Made by a program: the position numbers and the translations under genes. The notes beneath the pieces are model-generated. The model searched no databases. It was not told the DNA's origin and saw only the letters and a list, made by a program, of their open reading frames with translations. DNA of 64,000 nucleotides from positions 26,245 to 90,244 of the forward strand of contig JABHWZ010000004.1 of NCBI GenBank assembly GCA_018657525.1, in the 5' to 3' direction. This DNA comes from an archaeon. GTDB taxonomy: Archaea; Nanobdellota; Nanobdellia; Pacearchaeales; GW2011-AR1. Numbering within the stretch: the first letter of the stretch is position 1; each line of letters opens with the position of its first letter. Of this stretch, positions 1-9,299 are shown piece by piece.

Positions 1-11
1 AAAATAAAAAA

Positions 12-458
12 TTAATTTCGTCGCTTCTTAACTTTTTTCCAAGCAACAAAACCTATGGCTATCATGTAGAGTATTGAACCCACTTTTGGAATAATCAATG
101 ATAAACTAAACCATCCCGGATAATTTCTCTTTTCAAAAATTCTCCATGTAGCGATTACAAATAATACTAGCAATGGAATTGTTCCGAGTAATGGAATCAG
201 GAATAAAAATACCCAAGCCCAATGAAAGCCTCCCAACTGAAGCATCATAGCAACATTAGCAAAAGGAATCCAAGCAAGCCACGGCCGTTTGTATTTTAGT
301 TTTATTGCAATACTCCTCCATGCTAAAGCAACATAAACATATGTCGTAATTAAAACAACAGATATTACTGCAATCAAAGCAGCACCAACTAAACCTCCAA
401 AGATCCCGCTAGCAAAAATTTCTTCTCCTGTCATATTTGTAAATAAATCATAATTCAT
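12..458 (-). CDS. small integral membrane protein (4 predicted TM helices), unknown function
   Basis: 148-aa ORF with four hydrophobic helices and a basic C-terminus (KKVKKRRN); no catalytic motif recognised. Confidence 0.55.
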   Translation of the reverse strand: MNYDLFTNMTGEEIFASGIFGGLVGAALIAVISVVLITTYVYVALAWRSIAIKLKYKRPWLAWIPFANVAMMLQLGGFHWAWVFLFLIPLLGTIPLLVLFVIATWRIFEKRNYPGWFSLSLIIPKVGSILYMIAIGFVAWKKVKKRRN

Positions 459-577
459 ATTTTTTACCTCCTTATGATAAATACATGAAATTAAGTTTTA
501 TAAAATTATTGAAAATTATATTTGACCTTTTTTTAACTACAATTATTATCTCTTCTAATTTTGCTTCTCTTATAAGT

Positions 578-1330
578 TTAAGGAGAATCTATCATAATAT
601 CTTGGACTAAGCCTTGAAAACAATCCTTAAAATGAGCATCAATTCCCAGGTTTCCTTTTTGAAATGGAGCACTATGACCACAATATCTTTTAATATCCAT
701 TACCATTGTATCATATAGTTGAGATGGGAAACCAGAAGGATAACCATTTAACGGAAGCACTTTCTCATTAAGAAACTCTTCTATCAAAGAATATTGTTCT
801 TGAGTAGCATACGGAAACCTTAACTTAACTTCAGATTCTCCCATTTGAGCTTCTATAAAATTTAATAGTATTTCTGTTTTTTCTTCATTTGTAGTAGGAA
901 CTTCCCCCGAGGTTAAAGCAATTCCATTCTCTGGAGTAGGATAAACATATTCTAAAATTGTAAATGGATACATACTCAAATGAATTATACGAGATTCTTT
1001 TTTCCGATTCAATTCTTCTTTTTCAGCTTTCTCTGTTTCTTGTCCTAATCTTCTTCTCTCAGGTTCCCTTTTCTGGTTTAATCTTTTTTTATCTTCTCCT
1101 TTTGCTTTTTCCTTCCGAATAGCATAATTAAATCCTTTTAATGTTACTTCAAATTCACCCCTAGATCCTCTGTGAGTTTGCAACCACATCTCTGGAAACT
1201 CCCGCGAAAAATTGCCTTCCTCGTCCAAAGTTAGAGTTCCTATATCTAATGGTTTATGCTGAGTAGTATAAATTAAGTCTGCCATAAATCTTGTTCGATT
1301 TTGTAACTTATAAAGATAGTTGTATAACAA
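578..1330 (-). CDS. hypothetical protein with central K/E/R-rich low-complexity linker
   Basis: 250-aa ORF in an AT-rich genome where random ORFs this long are unlikely; charged linker KEKAKGEDKKRLNQKREPERRR; no recognised domain. Confidence 0.5.
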   Translation of the reverse strand: MLYNYLYKLQNRTRFMADLIYTTQHKPLDIGTLTLDEEGNFSREFPEMWLQTHRGSRGEFEVTLKGFNYAIRKEKAKGEDKKRLNQKREPERRRLGQETEKAEKEELNRKKESRIIHLSMYPFTILEYVYPTPENGIALTSGEVPTTNEEKTEILLNFIEAQMGESEVKLRFPYATQEQYSLIEEFLNEKVLPLNGYPSGFPSQLYDTMVMDIKRYCGHSAPFQKGNLGIDAHFKDCFQGLVQDIMIDSP

Positions 1331-1414
1331 AATAATCTTCGAAGGAGGGATATTAAATAGGTTTAAGATTTTAGTAAGTTTGGAAAAATGATAATATAAA
1401 ATTTTGTTAAAGTT

Positions 1415-3115
1415 TTATTCTGCTAATTGATACAAACGAACTTTATTTTGTTCAGTGTCAGTATAAGCTAATGTTCCATTGCCAATAGCCATAGACCTCA
1501 TTGCAGCCCATCCACCAGGATGATTTTGCGGATAAAAATGTGTCATTACTTCTCCAGTATTTGCTCCTTTCTTGTAAGCTTTTACACTAGCTACAACTTC
1601 TTCTGGATCTTGAGTTACTGCCCACAATAATCCCTTTCTATCCACGCAATGATTTGAAGGAACACACCCACTATCTAATTGTTCTCCGTTAATCATCTTA
1701 AATGATTTTTCATAAGCTTCTGTTGTTAAACTTTTATCTATTGCTACAATATCATGATTGGATTTTAAGTAAACATGATTTCCATTGATAACAATTCTTG
1801 CAGTATCATCAAAGCTAGTATTGCTATAACCTCCTGAAGGACTAAATCCTAATGGCACTCCAATTAATTTTTTCCCATCAGTTGCAACTAAAGCATTATC
1901 ATAACATTTTGGAAAATCATTTGGTCTAGTTACAAAATAATGAACCCCCTCATCTTCTTCAACTTGCCATATTCCTACGGAAGCCCAACGACCTCTTCTT
2001 GAAAATTCACTTATTCCTTTATCTGCCAATAAATTTAATGCATCTTGAAAGCCACCTTCATTTTCAGTGATTTCTTCTAAATTTCCATTAAATCTTTTTA
2101 ATTGATTATTCCCTCCAGCATAAATTATTCCATTTGAACCAACAGAAATATTTCCTTGAAAACTAGTTGACATCCCAGCAAAACCATCAAAAGCAGCCAT
2201 AATTCCTGTATCTGCAGAAGCAACTTTTCTCCCTGTTTTAATATCATAAGCATTTAATGTTAAATTCCTATCGGCCTCACTCTCACTTTGATATCTTTGA
2301 CCTAAAACGACAAGTTTATTATCTCTATCAAAGGCTATCGCACAAGGAGTAATATCTAAAGATAATGTTCTATCTTTCAATAATGTTGGTTGAGCTATTT
2401 TGTGTTGTGTTTTCAATTCCTCATCAAATTTTGTATGTTGTTCTAAATTAAATTTTCCTTCATTTTGTTTTCTATTAAAAGAATTCCAAACTTCTCTAAC
2501 TCCTTTTTCTTCATCAAAAGGATCTGTTACCTGATATTCAAATCCTTTTTGAGTAATATTTTCAAAATATCCCAATCCCATATTAGTTTCCCTAACCATT
2601 TCTACTAATCTTTCTTTTCCTAATATAATTCCATGTGATTTTTCCAAAACTCCAATTAATAATGTTGCATCAAATCCATTCCCCTCATAGTGTCTTTTAA
2701 AAAAATCTTCTTCTAATTTAATACCTCTTTCTTCAGCTATTCTTTTATAGTCTTCTTGAGATAACATAAACATCTGTTTTGCACCAGCTTCTAATTCTTG
2801 TGCGTCCATTTGTTGAATTGGCCTTCCTAAAACTTTTTCAATTCTTCCAATAGCTTTTTCCTCTCTTTCAGCTCTTGAAACAATTATGGCCACTGGATTG
2901 TTTTCCATCATAGAATCATAAATTCCCTCGCTTTGCCCACAAAAAGAATTTTGAATCTCATCCATAGATACCTCTCGTCCTAATTGAGTTACTAAATGAG
3001 TTAATAATCCTTTGGGTGCTTGAGAAAATAAAGAAGCTTTATCTCGACCACTAGCATAATCTAAGATTCCTTTTCTAATTTGTGTTGATGTATTATCAAT
3101 AACAGTTTCTGACAT
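1415..3115 (-). CDS. hypothetical large protein (566 aa), possible beta-propeller-like C-terminal half
   Basis: long uninterrupted ORF; Gly/Asn-rich repeats (GSNGIIYAGGNN, INGNHVYL) in the C-terminal half; no signal peptide; family not recognised. Confidence 0.55.
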   Translation of the reverse strand: MSETVIDNTSTQIRKGILDYASGRDKASLFSQAPKGLLTHLVTQLGREVSMDEIQNSFCGQSEGIYDSMMENNPVAIIVSRAEREEKAIGRIEKVLGRPIQQMDAQELEAGAKQMFMLSQEDYKRIAEERGIKLEEDFFKRHYEGNGFDATLLIGVLEKSHGIILGKERLVEMVRETNMGLGYFENITQKGFEYQVTDPFDEEKGVREVWNSFNRKQNEGKFNLEQHTKFDEELKTQHKIAQPTLLKDRTLSLDITPCAIAFDRDNKLVVLGQRYQSESEADRNLTLNAYDIKTGRKVASADTGIMAAFDGFAGMSTSFQGNISVGSNGIIYAGGNNQLKRFNGNLEEITENEGGFQDALNLLADKGISEFSRRGRWASVGIWQVEEDEGVHYFVTRPNDFPKCYDNALVATDGKKLIGVPLGFSPSGGYSNTSFDDTARIVINGNHVYLKSNHDIVAIDKSLTTEAYEKSFKMINGEQLDSGCVPSNHCVDRKGLLWAVTQDPEEVVASVKAYKKGANTGEVMTHFYPQNHPGGWAAMRSMAIGNGTLAYTDTEQNKVRLYQLAE

Positions 3116-3383
3116 CTTAAAATATCTATATGATATCGGTTTTTAAGTATTTGTGTTCATTATTACTATAAAATTATCAACACAAAATAATAATGCTAAA
3201 ATATTTTTAAATCGCCACCACCCTATTCGTCACCTGACTTTGATTTTTCAATTTTACCTTCGGTTATTTCATAAAGTCAAATAACTCAATCAAACTGGGA
3301 TGAAATCAAAGATTTCAGAAACATATTTGAATTTAACCACTTCAAATCCGGGAGGATTTATCTGAATAAAATTCAGATAAAAA

Positions 3384-3465
3384 CGCCACCACCCGGAATC
3401 GAACCGGGGCACCCCGAAGGGTCCAGATTAGCAATCTGGTGCAATAACCGCTATGCGATGGTGGC
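3384..3465 (-). tRNA. tRNA-Ser (anticodon GCU), class II with long variable arm
   Basis: hand-folded cloverleaf on the minus strand: acceptor GCCACCA/TGGTGGC, anticodon stem CCAGA/TCTGG, loop TTGCTAA, 14-nt variable arm, T-arm CCCGG-TTCGATT-CCGGG, discriminator G; CCA not encoded. Confidence 0.85.
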
Positions 3466-3516
3466 TTCAATGTTTACCACGCATTCGACAAAGTCGAGAG
3501 GAATTTCCTATTCTGA

Positions 3517-3665
3517 CTATGCGATGGTGGCATAAGTTTGAGTATGATTTGGAGTTTTTAATTTTTCTGGTGCAATAACCGCTACCTGAATTTATTCAGG
3601 TTCTCGTGACCTTTAGGTTACCTGTCCTCAGGTCCTCGTGACCCGAAGGGTTATGCGATGGTGGC
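3517..3665 (-). repeat. partial duplicated copies of the tRNA-Ser 5' end (pseudo-tRNA fragments), one interrupted by a 66-nt insert
   Basis: ctatgcgatggtggc at 3451-3465 (real tRNA 5' end), again at 3517-3531 and as ttatgcgatggtggc at 3651-3665; ctggtgcaataaccgct (3436-3452) repeated at 3570-3586; fragments lack the anticodon and 3' half. Confidence 0.6.
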
Positions 3666-3742
3666 TTATAAAAATATACAATATTTTGAGAATTTAAATC
3701 TTTGCGTTTTGAGGTTTTTTCTTTGGTTAAACATATTTTAAA

Positions 3743-4693
3743 TTATCTCTTCTCCACCAATTCCCTAAACCTTTTCTGTACTCTTTCTATTGGAGTTAAC
3801 CTCGGTTGTCCCTTTCTACGAAATGGAATACAAGTATGACGAAAATCATCAAACCATCCTCCTTTACCATAATCTCCCTTAGATTCAGCACCAGATGCGA
3901 GAGCTCCAACTCTTAACAGATTAAGAGTTCCATGATCAAATGGAGGTCCAGAAAAATTATCTCGAACATATTGCCCCATCATTAAATCAAGTCCATGTTC
4001 TTTTTTCCCAAATTCAAATGTTTTATCTATAATATATGTGACCACATCTTCAGGCAATGCAAACATCTCCCCAACATATTCTGGATGTTGTAATAGTGTT
4101 AAACGCAAAGGACATCTTTTAGCTTGCTCTATTGTCATATTTTCATTAAGTCCAATTAATTTCCCTTCCTTATCTTTTTCAAACCAGTCTTCTAATTGTC
4201 TGGAGTAAACTCCTTCACCACTTAAATTATCCCAAGAGATACCAGTATGAGAATAACTATTTGGAGCCCAATAATCATTTTTTAACTTAAATCCTGAACC
4301 TAAGTTTCCACGAGGATCGCTGTCTCCATCTCTTCTTCTTGCACCTGCGTCTTTGACTTTAGCAATTAAAGACAACGTGCGTTTTCCAATCTCCGGAAGC
4401 ATCCACCCATCAATTGTTCCACAACAAGGCAAGATAATTTTTAATTCTATTTCATTAGATTCTGGATTTTTTCTTGTAGCAATCATAGTTGAAACATCCC
4501 AATAACTTTCAGTCATTTCTGGCATCCCCCTATTTTGAATTGCTAAATATCTCATTCTTGCTTCAGAAGGAAATTCTCCTTCCATGTTTGAAGCATTAGA
4601 AATAAGAGAGAACATACTATCATCTCTATCAAGATTATGCACTTCAAGAGTTTCATTCCCTAACGCAATATCCCATTTTGCCTGTTCTGCCAT
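3743..4693 (-). CDS. hypothetical protein (316 aa)
   Basis: long ORF; conserved-looking patches PCCGTIDGW and GDSDPRGNLGSGF; family not recognised; adjacent to two tRNA genes. Confidence 0.55.
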   Translation of the reverse strand: MAEQAKWDIALGNETLEVHNLDRDDSMFSLISNASNMEGEFPSEARMRYLAIQNRGMPEMTESYWDVSTMIATRKNPESNEIELKIILPCCGTIDGWMLPEIGKRTLSLIAKVKDAGARRRDGDSDPRGNLGSGFKLKNDYWAPNSYSHTGISWDNLSGEGVYSRQLEDWFEKDKEGKLIGLNENMTIEQAKRCPLRLTLLQHPEYVGEMFALPEDVVTYIIDKTFEFGKKEHGLDLMMGQYVRDNFSGPPFDHGTLNLLRVGALASGAESKGDYGKGGWFDDFRHTCIPFRRKGQPRLTPIERVQKRFRELVEKR

Positions 4694-4776
4694 ATAATTT
4701 TTTAAATAATCTACTTTATAATAATTTCTGTGCTTAAAAGTTTTATAGTTTTTTCAAATTATGTTCAAAAAATAAA

Positions 4777-4852
4777 TAGCAGGGGCAGGATTTGAACCAT
4801 GCGACCTCCGGGTTATGGGCCCGACGAGCACTCCAGACTGCTCCACCCTGCT
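4777..4852 (-). tRNA. tRNA-Met (anticodon CAU), initiator-like (A1:U72, three G:C pairs in anticodon stem)
   Basis: minus-strand sequence AGCAGGGTGGAGCAGTCTGGAGTGCTCGTCGGGCCCATAACCCGGAGGTCGCATGGTTCAAATCCTGCCCCTGCT+A closely matches the archaeal tRNAi-Met consensus; one extra nucleotide or bulge in the T-arm. Confidence 0.8.
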
Positions 4853-4943
4853 ATATAAATTCAACTTTCTTTTTACTTATAAAATTATCTATTTTAATTC
4901 TTGACGCTTGTAGGAGGCAACGAAAAAGCGTCTATTCAGATAA

Positions 4944-5005
4944 CGCGATGCCTATGTTCAATGGCCTTCTCTTATCCGAGCTTCGCGATGCCTATGCGCA
5001 ATGGC
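4944..5005. repeat. 22-bp imperfect direct repeat (2 mismatches) duplicating the toxin gene 3' end
   Basis: cgcgatgcctatgttcaatggc (4944-4965) and cgcgatgcctatgcgcaatggc (4984-5005); second copy contains the toxin stop codon. Confidence 0.7.
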
Positions 5006-5315
5006 TTTTTAACTCTTTTTTGATCTCTTTTTTATTTTCCAAATATTTTTCATATTTTTTAAAATTTTTAAAAACTCGTAGAAAAATCAATCTATGATTT
5101 TTATCAATTGCATAAACATAATGAATCTCATCCTTCACTGCCCGAAAAATATCTGCACCATTTATATGTTCCTCAAACTTATGCAATCGACTAAAATGCT
5201 CATGATTACTATCCGTAATCAATCCAACATCAAAATCCCCCGCATCTTTCTTAAATCTTTTTGTAACAATGACCTCTGATATCTTTCCTTCAAACTTATC
5301 GAAATGATTTTCCAT
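4992..5315 (-). CDS. RelE/ParE-superfamily toxin-like protein (orphan, no adjacent antitoxin ORF)
   Basis: 107-aa protein; C-terminal segment FRAVKDEIHYVYAIDKNHRLIFLRV resembles the RelE motif (R.RVGDYRIIY.ID...VYIL RIG); only 49 bp to the next gene upstream. Confidence 0.45.
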   Translation of the reverse strand: MENHFDKFEGKISEVIVTKRFKKDAGDFDVGLITDSNHEHFSRLHKFEEHINGADIFRAVKDEIHYVYAIDKNHRLIFLRVFKNFKKYEKYLENKKEIKKELKSHCA

Positions 5316-5364
5316 ACTTCTTAATAATAAACAAACTTAAAAACTCTCCTAATTTTTTTACTAC

Positions 5365-6036
5365 ATGGAATTGATTTTAGGAATAGATGATGCAGGCAGA
5401 GGTCCAGTTATCGGTCCAATGGTTTTGGCAGGAGTTCTTTTAGATTCAAAAACTGAAAGTGAACTTAAAAAATTAGGCGTGAAAGATTCTAAAGATTTAA
5501 CTCCCAAACGAAGAGGAATATTAGCTGAAAAGATTAAAGAGAAAGCAGAAACATTTGAGATAGAAATAATTTCTGCTCCAGATATCGACGATAAAAACGC
5601 GCAAGGAATAAAGTTAAATGAAGTAGAAGCTTTCGCGTGTGCAAATATAATAAATAAAATAAATAAAGGATACAAAAAAATAAAAGTAATCCTTGATTGC
5701 CCGTCGGTAAGTCTAATAAAATGGGGAGATTTCTTAAAAACTAAAATTAATAATTTATCTAATTTGGAAATAAGATGTGAACACAAAGCAGACAAAAATC
5801 ATGTTGCAGTTTCAGCAGCTTCGATAATTGCAAAAGAAACTCGAGAAAGTGAAATGACAAAACTAAAAGAAAAATACGGAAATGAAATTGGGTCAGGTTA
5901 TTGTTCTGACCCTTTAACCCAAAAATTTTTAGAAAAATTTTTACATAAATATGACAATGACGGAATTTTTAGAAAAACTTGGACAACTTATAAACGGGCA
6001 AAAGAAAAACTCAAACAAAGAAAACTCAGTTTTTAA
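5365..6036 (+). CDS. rnhB: ribonuclease HII
   Basis: N-terminal GIDDAGRGPVIGPMVLAG is the RNase HII catalytic motif (GIDEAGRGP..GP); 223 aa is typical for the family. Confidence 0.9.
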   Translation: MELILGIDDAGRGPVIGPMVLAGVLLDSKTESELKKLGVKDSKDLTPKRRGILAEKIKEKAETFEIEIISAPDIDDKNAQGIKLNEVEAFACANIINKINKGYKKIKVILDCPSVSLIKWGDFLKTKINNLSNLEIRCEHKADKNHVAVSAASIIAKETRESEMTKLKEKYGNEIGSGYCSDPLTQKFLEKFLHKYDNDGIFRKTWTTYKRAKEKLKQRKLSF

Positions 6037-6281
6037 TCCTTTTCTGCTCTATCTTCACATTCTAACATTTTGTTCAAATTAGTAACCAAATCTGGACTAT
6101 TGTGCCCTGCCTTGATTTCTTCGCAAGCAACACATAAAGTGTAAGTTAAATATTTCTTCCTAATAGGATCAAATAAATAATCTTTGAACTGGCAAATAAT
6201 TGCAGGGTCTCTATAACCGGGTAATCTACTTGCTTGAACTTTCATAGCATATAGGCAACTTGGCGTTACATCATTTTCCAT
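6033..6281 (-). CDS. small hypothetical protein with Cys pairs
   Basis: 82-aa ORF overlapping the rnhB stop by 4 bp; contains cysteines (CLYA, CQF, CVACEE, C75) but no clear zinc-ribbon spacing. Confidence 0.35.
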   Translation of the reverse strand: MENDVTPSCLYAMKVQASRLPGYRDPAIICQFKDYLFDPIRKKYLTYTLCVACEEIKAGHNSPDLVTNLNKMLECEDRAEKD

Positions 6282-6363
6282 GAAAAAATATAGATAATTC
6301 TTTTTTTAAATATTATGCCACTCGACTAATAATCCTTAAAAACCTAAGTTCATTATCCTATGT

Positions 6364-9222
6364 ATGACTTATATCAAAAAATTGGTGATGAAAGGTTTCA
6401 AGAGTTTTGTAAAACAAACAGAATTACCTTTCGCTCAAGGAATAAATGTTGTCTTAGGACCCAATGGTTCTGGAAAATCCAATGTCTCCGACGCACTTTG
6501 TTTTGTCTTGGGAAGACTTTCGGTAAAATCAATGCGCGCAGCTAAGGCCAAAAATTTAATTTTTATGGGTTCTAAATCAGCGTCGCCAGCTAAAGAAGCT
6601 TCAGTAGAAATAATCTTTGAAAATCAAGATAGAATTTTCGCTTTAGATACAAATGAAATTTCAGTAAAAAGAATAGTTAGAAAAAATGGACAATCAATTT
6701 ATAAAATAAATAACGAAACAAAAACACGGCAAGATGTCCTCGCATTACTTGCACAAGTAGGAATTGACCCAAACGGGTTTAACATAATTCTTCAAGGAGA
6801 GATCCAAAATTTTGTAAGAATGCATACAGAAGAAAGAAGAAAAATAATTGAGGAGGTTTCGGGGATATCTACTTACGAATCGAGAAAATCCAAGGCGATT
6901 AAAGAATTAGATAAAACAGAAGAAAGGTTAAAAGAAGTCTTAGCAGTTTTAAGAGAACGAACAGCTTATCTAAATAACTTAGAAAAAGAAAGACAACAAG
7001 CCTTGCGTTATAAAAAACTAGAAAAAGATATCAAAAGATATAAGGCAAGTATAATTTATATCGACCTCTCCAAAAAGAAAAAAGAAGCCAATAGGATTCA
7101 AGGGGATATTCAGATAAAATTAAAAGAGATAGATAAAATAAAAAAATTAATTTTATCTGATGAAATTTTAATGGGTTCTCTTGAACAAAAAATATCTCAG
7201 ATAAATTCTACAATTTCTAATTCTACTGGAGTAGAACAAGAAAAATTAAACACAGAGATTTCTGATATTCGGGCGGAGTTAGCAGGATTAAATGTAAAAA
7301 TAGAAAATTATGAAACAAAGATAATTCAAATACAAAGACAAAAACAAGATTTGCAAGAAAAAGTTAGGGAAGGAATAATTACTTTGAAAGAACTTCAAAA
7401 AGAGTCTCCGACAATTATTAAAAAACAAGAAGAACTTTCTTCAAAAAAACAAGAACTTGAAAAGTTAGAAGAACAGAGAAAAAAGTTTTATATGATTAAG
7501 ACTGAATTAAAATCTATAAGAGAACGGCTTCAAGATAAAAAATCAGTTCTTCAAAGTTACGTCGACGAATCAGCTTTTTTGCTAAAAGAAATAGAATCAA
7601 TAACATTAGAACTTTTTGATAAAAAAACAGATCCAGAAAAATTACATCATTTAAAAATTGCTTTATCCAAAAAAAGAACGCACCTAGATGATTTATCAAA
7701 AAAGGAAATTGAGCTAGACAAAGTTTCACACACAAATGAATACGAAATCTCAAAACAAAATTTAGTCATAGAAAAAATATCAAAAATTGATGTTTGCCCA
7801 TTATGTAAATCAAAAATGACTCCTGAGCATATACATGTTATTGGTTCTGAAGTAAAACCAAAAATAGATTTACTAAAAAAAGAAATTGAAGAATCAGACA
7901 AAGAATTAAATTTAATTTATACTCAAAAAGAAGTTTTAAAAAAAGATATAGATCAGATAGAAACAGAAATAAATAAGAGAGAATCCGATTTATTAAAACT
8001 TTCTCAAATACATGGGAAGACAAAGCAGATAAAAGTGCTTCAAGAAAAAGTTGGATCGATTAAAAAAGAATTAGTTGAATTAAATAAACGGAAAAATTAT
8101 TTAGAAGAAAATTTCGATGAATCTTCAAATGTCGAAACAAAATATGAAACGGCCATGGTGGAAGTTCAAGAAATATCTTCAAGATCTGAGGAAACAATTG
8201 ATTCAGAAATTTCATTTAAACAAAGAGAATTAGAACGCTCAAAGATTACTTTAAAACAATTATGTCGAGATGAACAAGATATTCAAGAAGAATCTATTTC
8301 ATTAAGAAAAGAGATTGAACAAAAAGAACAATTACTCGAAAAAAAGAAAAAACAAGATGAAGAATTGAGCAAACAATTTAAGTCGCTAATTGCTGAAAGA
8401 GATTCATTACAAAATAAGATTAGAGAAATTGTATCTGATTTATCCTCTAAAAAAAATTCAATACATTTTATTGAACAAACAATTAATAATTTTAAAATAG
8501 AAAAAGCAAAGGTCGACGCTGAAACAGAGAATTTAGAAATTGAAATTCTAGAATTCCCTAATGTTGAAATAATGAAAATTCCAAAAGAAACCCTTCAAGA
8601 AAGATTAAATAAATCTCAGGAAATTATTTTAAGAATCGGCTCAGTTAATATGCGTTCTTTAGAAGTTTACGATGCAATAAAAAAAGAATATGATTCAATC
8701 AAAGAAAAAACAGAAATTATTGCTAAGGAAAAAGAAGACATATTGAAAATAATTAAGACAATAGATATCAAAAAGAAGAAAGCATTTATGCAAACCTTCC
8801 ATCAATTAAATGAAATTTTTTCTAGAAACTTTGCGCAAATTTCAACTAAGGGGCAAGTCTCATTAGAATTAGAAGATAAGAAAGACCCTTTCACTGCCGG
8901 AGTAGGAATTGTAGTAAAAACCGGGCATGGGAAATATTTCGACGTTACTTCGCTTTCAGGTGGAGAACAAACAATGGTAGCGCTTTCATTAATCTTCGGG
9001 ATACAAGAATTAAATCCTTACTGCTTTTATGTTCTAGACGAAATCGATGCGGCATTAGATAAACGAAACTCAGAGAGACTTGCAAGTCTTCTAAAAAAAT
9101 ACATGCAGAGAGGACAGTATATAGTAATAACCCACAACGATGAAATCATAAACAGTGCTACAAATATTTACGGAGTTTCAATGCACGATGGAATTTCTAA
9201 AGTAATAAGTTTGAAGATTTAA
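6364..9222 (+). CDS. SMC-family ATPase with coiled-coil arm and central CxxC zinc-hook in place of a hinge (SMC head / Rad50-like hook)
   Basis: N-terminus KGFKSF...VVLGPNGSGKSNVSDALCFVLG (SMC Walker A); C-terminus LSGGEQTMVALSLIFGIQELNPYCFYVLDEIDAALD (SMC signature plus Walker B); about 600 aa of K/E-rich coiled coil; central VCPLCKSK near aa 480; no Gly-rich hinge domain; 952 aa is short for canonical SMC. Confidence 0.85.
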   Translation: MTYIKKLVMKGFKSFVKQTELPFAQGINVVLGPNGSGKSNVSDALCFVLGRLSVKSMRAAKAKNLIFMGSKSASPAKEASVEIIFENQDRIFALDTNEISVKRIVRKNGQSIYKINNETKTRQDVLALLAQVGIDPNGFNIILQGEIQNFVRMHTEERRKIIEEVSGISTYESRKSKAIKELDKTEERLKEVLAVLRERTAYLNNLEKERQQALRYKKLEKDIKRYKASIIYIDLSKKKKEANRIQGDIQIKLKEIDKIKKLILSDEILMGSLEQKISQINSTISNSTGVEQEKLNTEISDIRAELAGLNVKIENYETKIIQIQRQKQDLQEKVREGIITLKELQKESPTIIKKQEELSSKKQELEKLEEQRKKFYMIKTELKSIRERLQDKKSVLQSYVDESAFLLKEIESITLELFDKKTDPEKLHHLKIALSKKRTHLDDLSKKEIELDKVSHTNEYEISKQNLVIEKISKIDVCPLCKSKMTPEHIHVIGSEVKPKIDLLKKEIEESDKELNLIYTQKEVLKKDIDQIETEINKRESDLLKLSQIHGKTKQIKVLQEKVGSIKKELVELNKRKNYLEENFDESSNVETKYETAMVEVQEISSRSEETIDSEISFKQRELERSKITLKQLCRDEQDIQEESISLRKEIEQKEQLLEKKKKQDEELSKQFKSLIAERDSLQNKIREIVSDLSSKKNSIHFIEQTINNFKIEKAKVDAETENLEIEILEFPNVEIMKIPKETLQERLNKSQEIILRIGSVNMRSLEVYDAIKKEYDSIKEKTEIIAKEKEDILKIIKTIDIKKKKAFMQTFHQLNEIFSRNFAQISTKGQVSLELEDKKDPFTAGVGIVVKTGHGKYFDVTSLSGGEQTMVALSLIFGIQELNPYCFYVLDEIDAALDKRNSERLASLLKKYMQRGQYIVITHNDEIINSATNIYGVSMHDGISKVISLKI

Positions 9223-9299
9223 TATTTTCTATAAATGTTTAAACTTGAAAGTAGTTACAAAATATAAAGATTTATAAAGTAGATTATTTAAAAAATTAT

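Noticed and set aside
3340-3358. Plus-strand T-arm-like fragment ccacttcaaatccgggagg downstream of tRNA-Ser
   Set aside because: Resembles a T-psi-C arm (TTCAAATCC) but no acceptor, D or anticodon arms can be built around it; at most another decayed tRNA fragment, already covered by the tRNA-Ser fragment finding.
4792-5097. 101-aa plus-strand ORF
   Set aside because: Its N-terminus is encoded by the antisense of tRNA-Met (4777-4852) and the rest overlaps the RelE-like gene on the other strand; the composition is an artefact of reading through GC-rich tRNA DNA.
5094-5795. Plus-strand 61-aa ORF (5094-5279) and minus-strand 144-aa ORF (5361-5795)
   Set aside because: Both lie entirely antisense to better-supported genes (the RelE-like toxin and rnhB, which has a diagnostic catalytic motif); no independent support.
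6360-8023. Small ORFs inside and antisense to the SMC-like gene (6360-6545 plus-strand, 7514-7753, 7647-7901 and 7838-8023 minus-strand)
   Set aside because: Low-complexity Leu/Phe-rich translations of the antisense of a K/E-rich coiled-coil gene; typical shadow ORFs.
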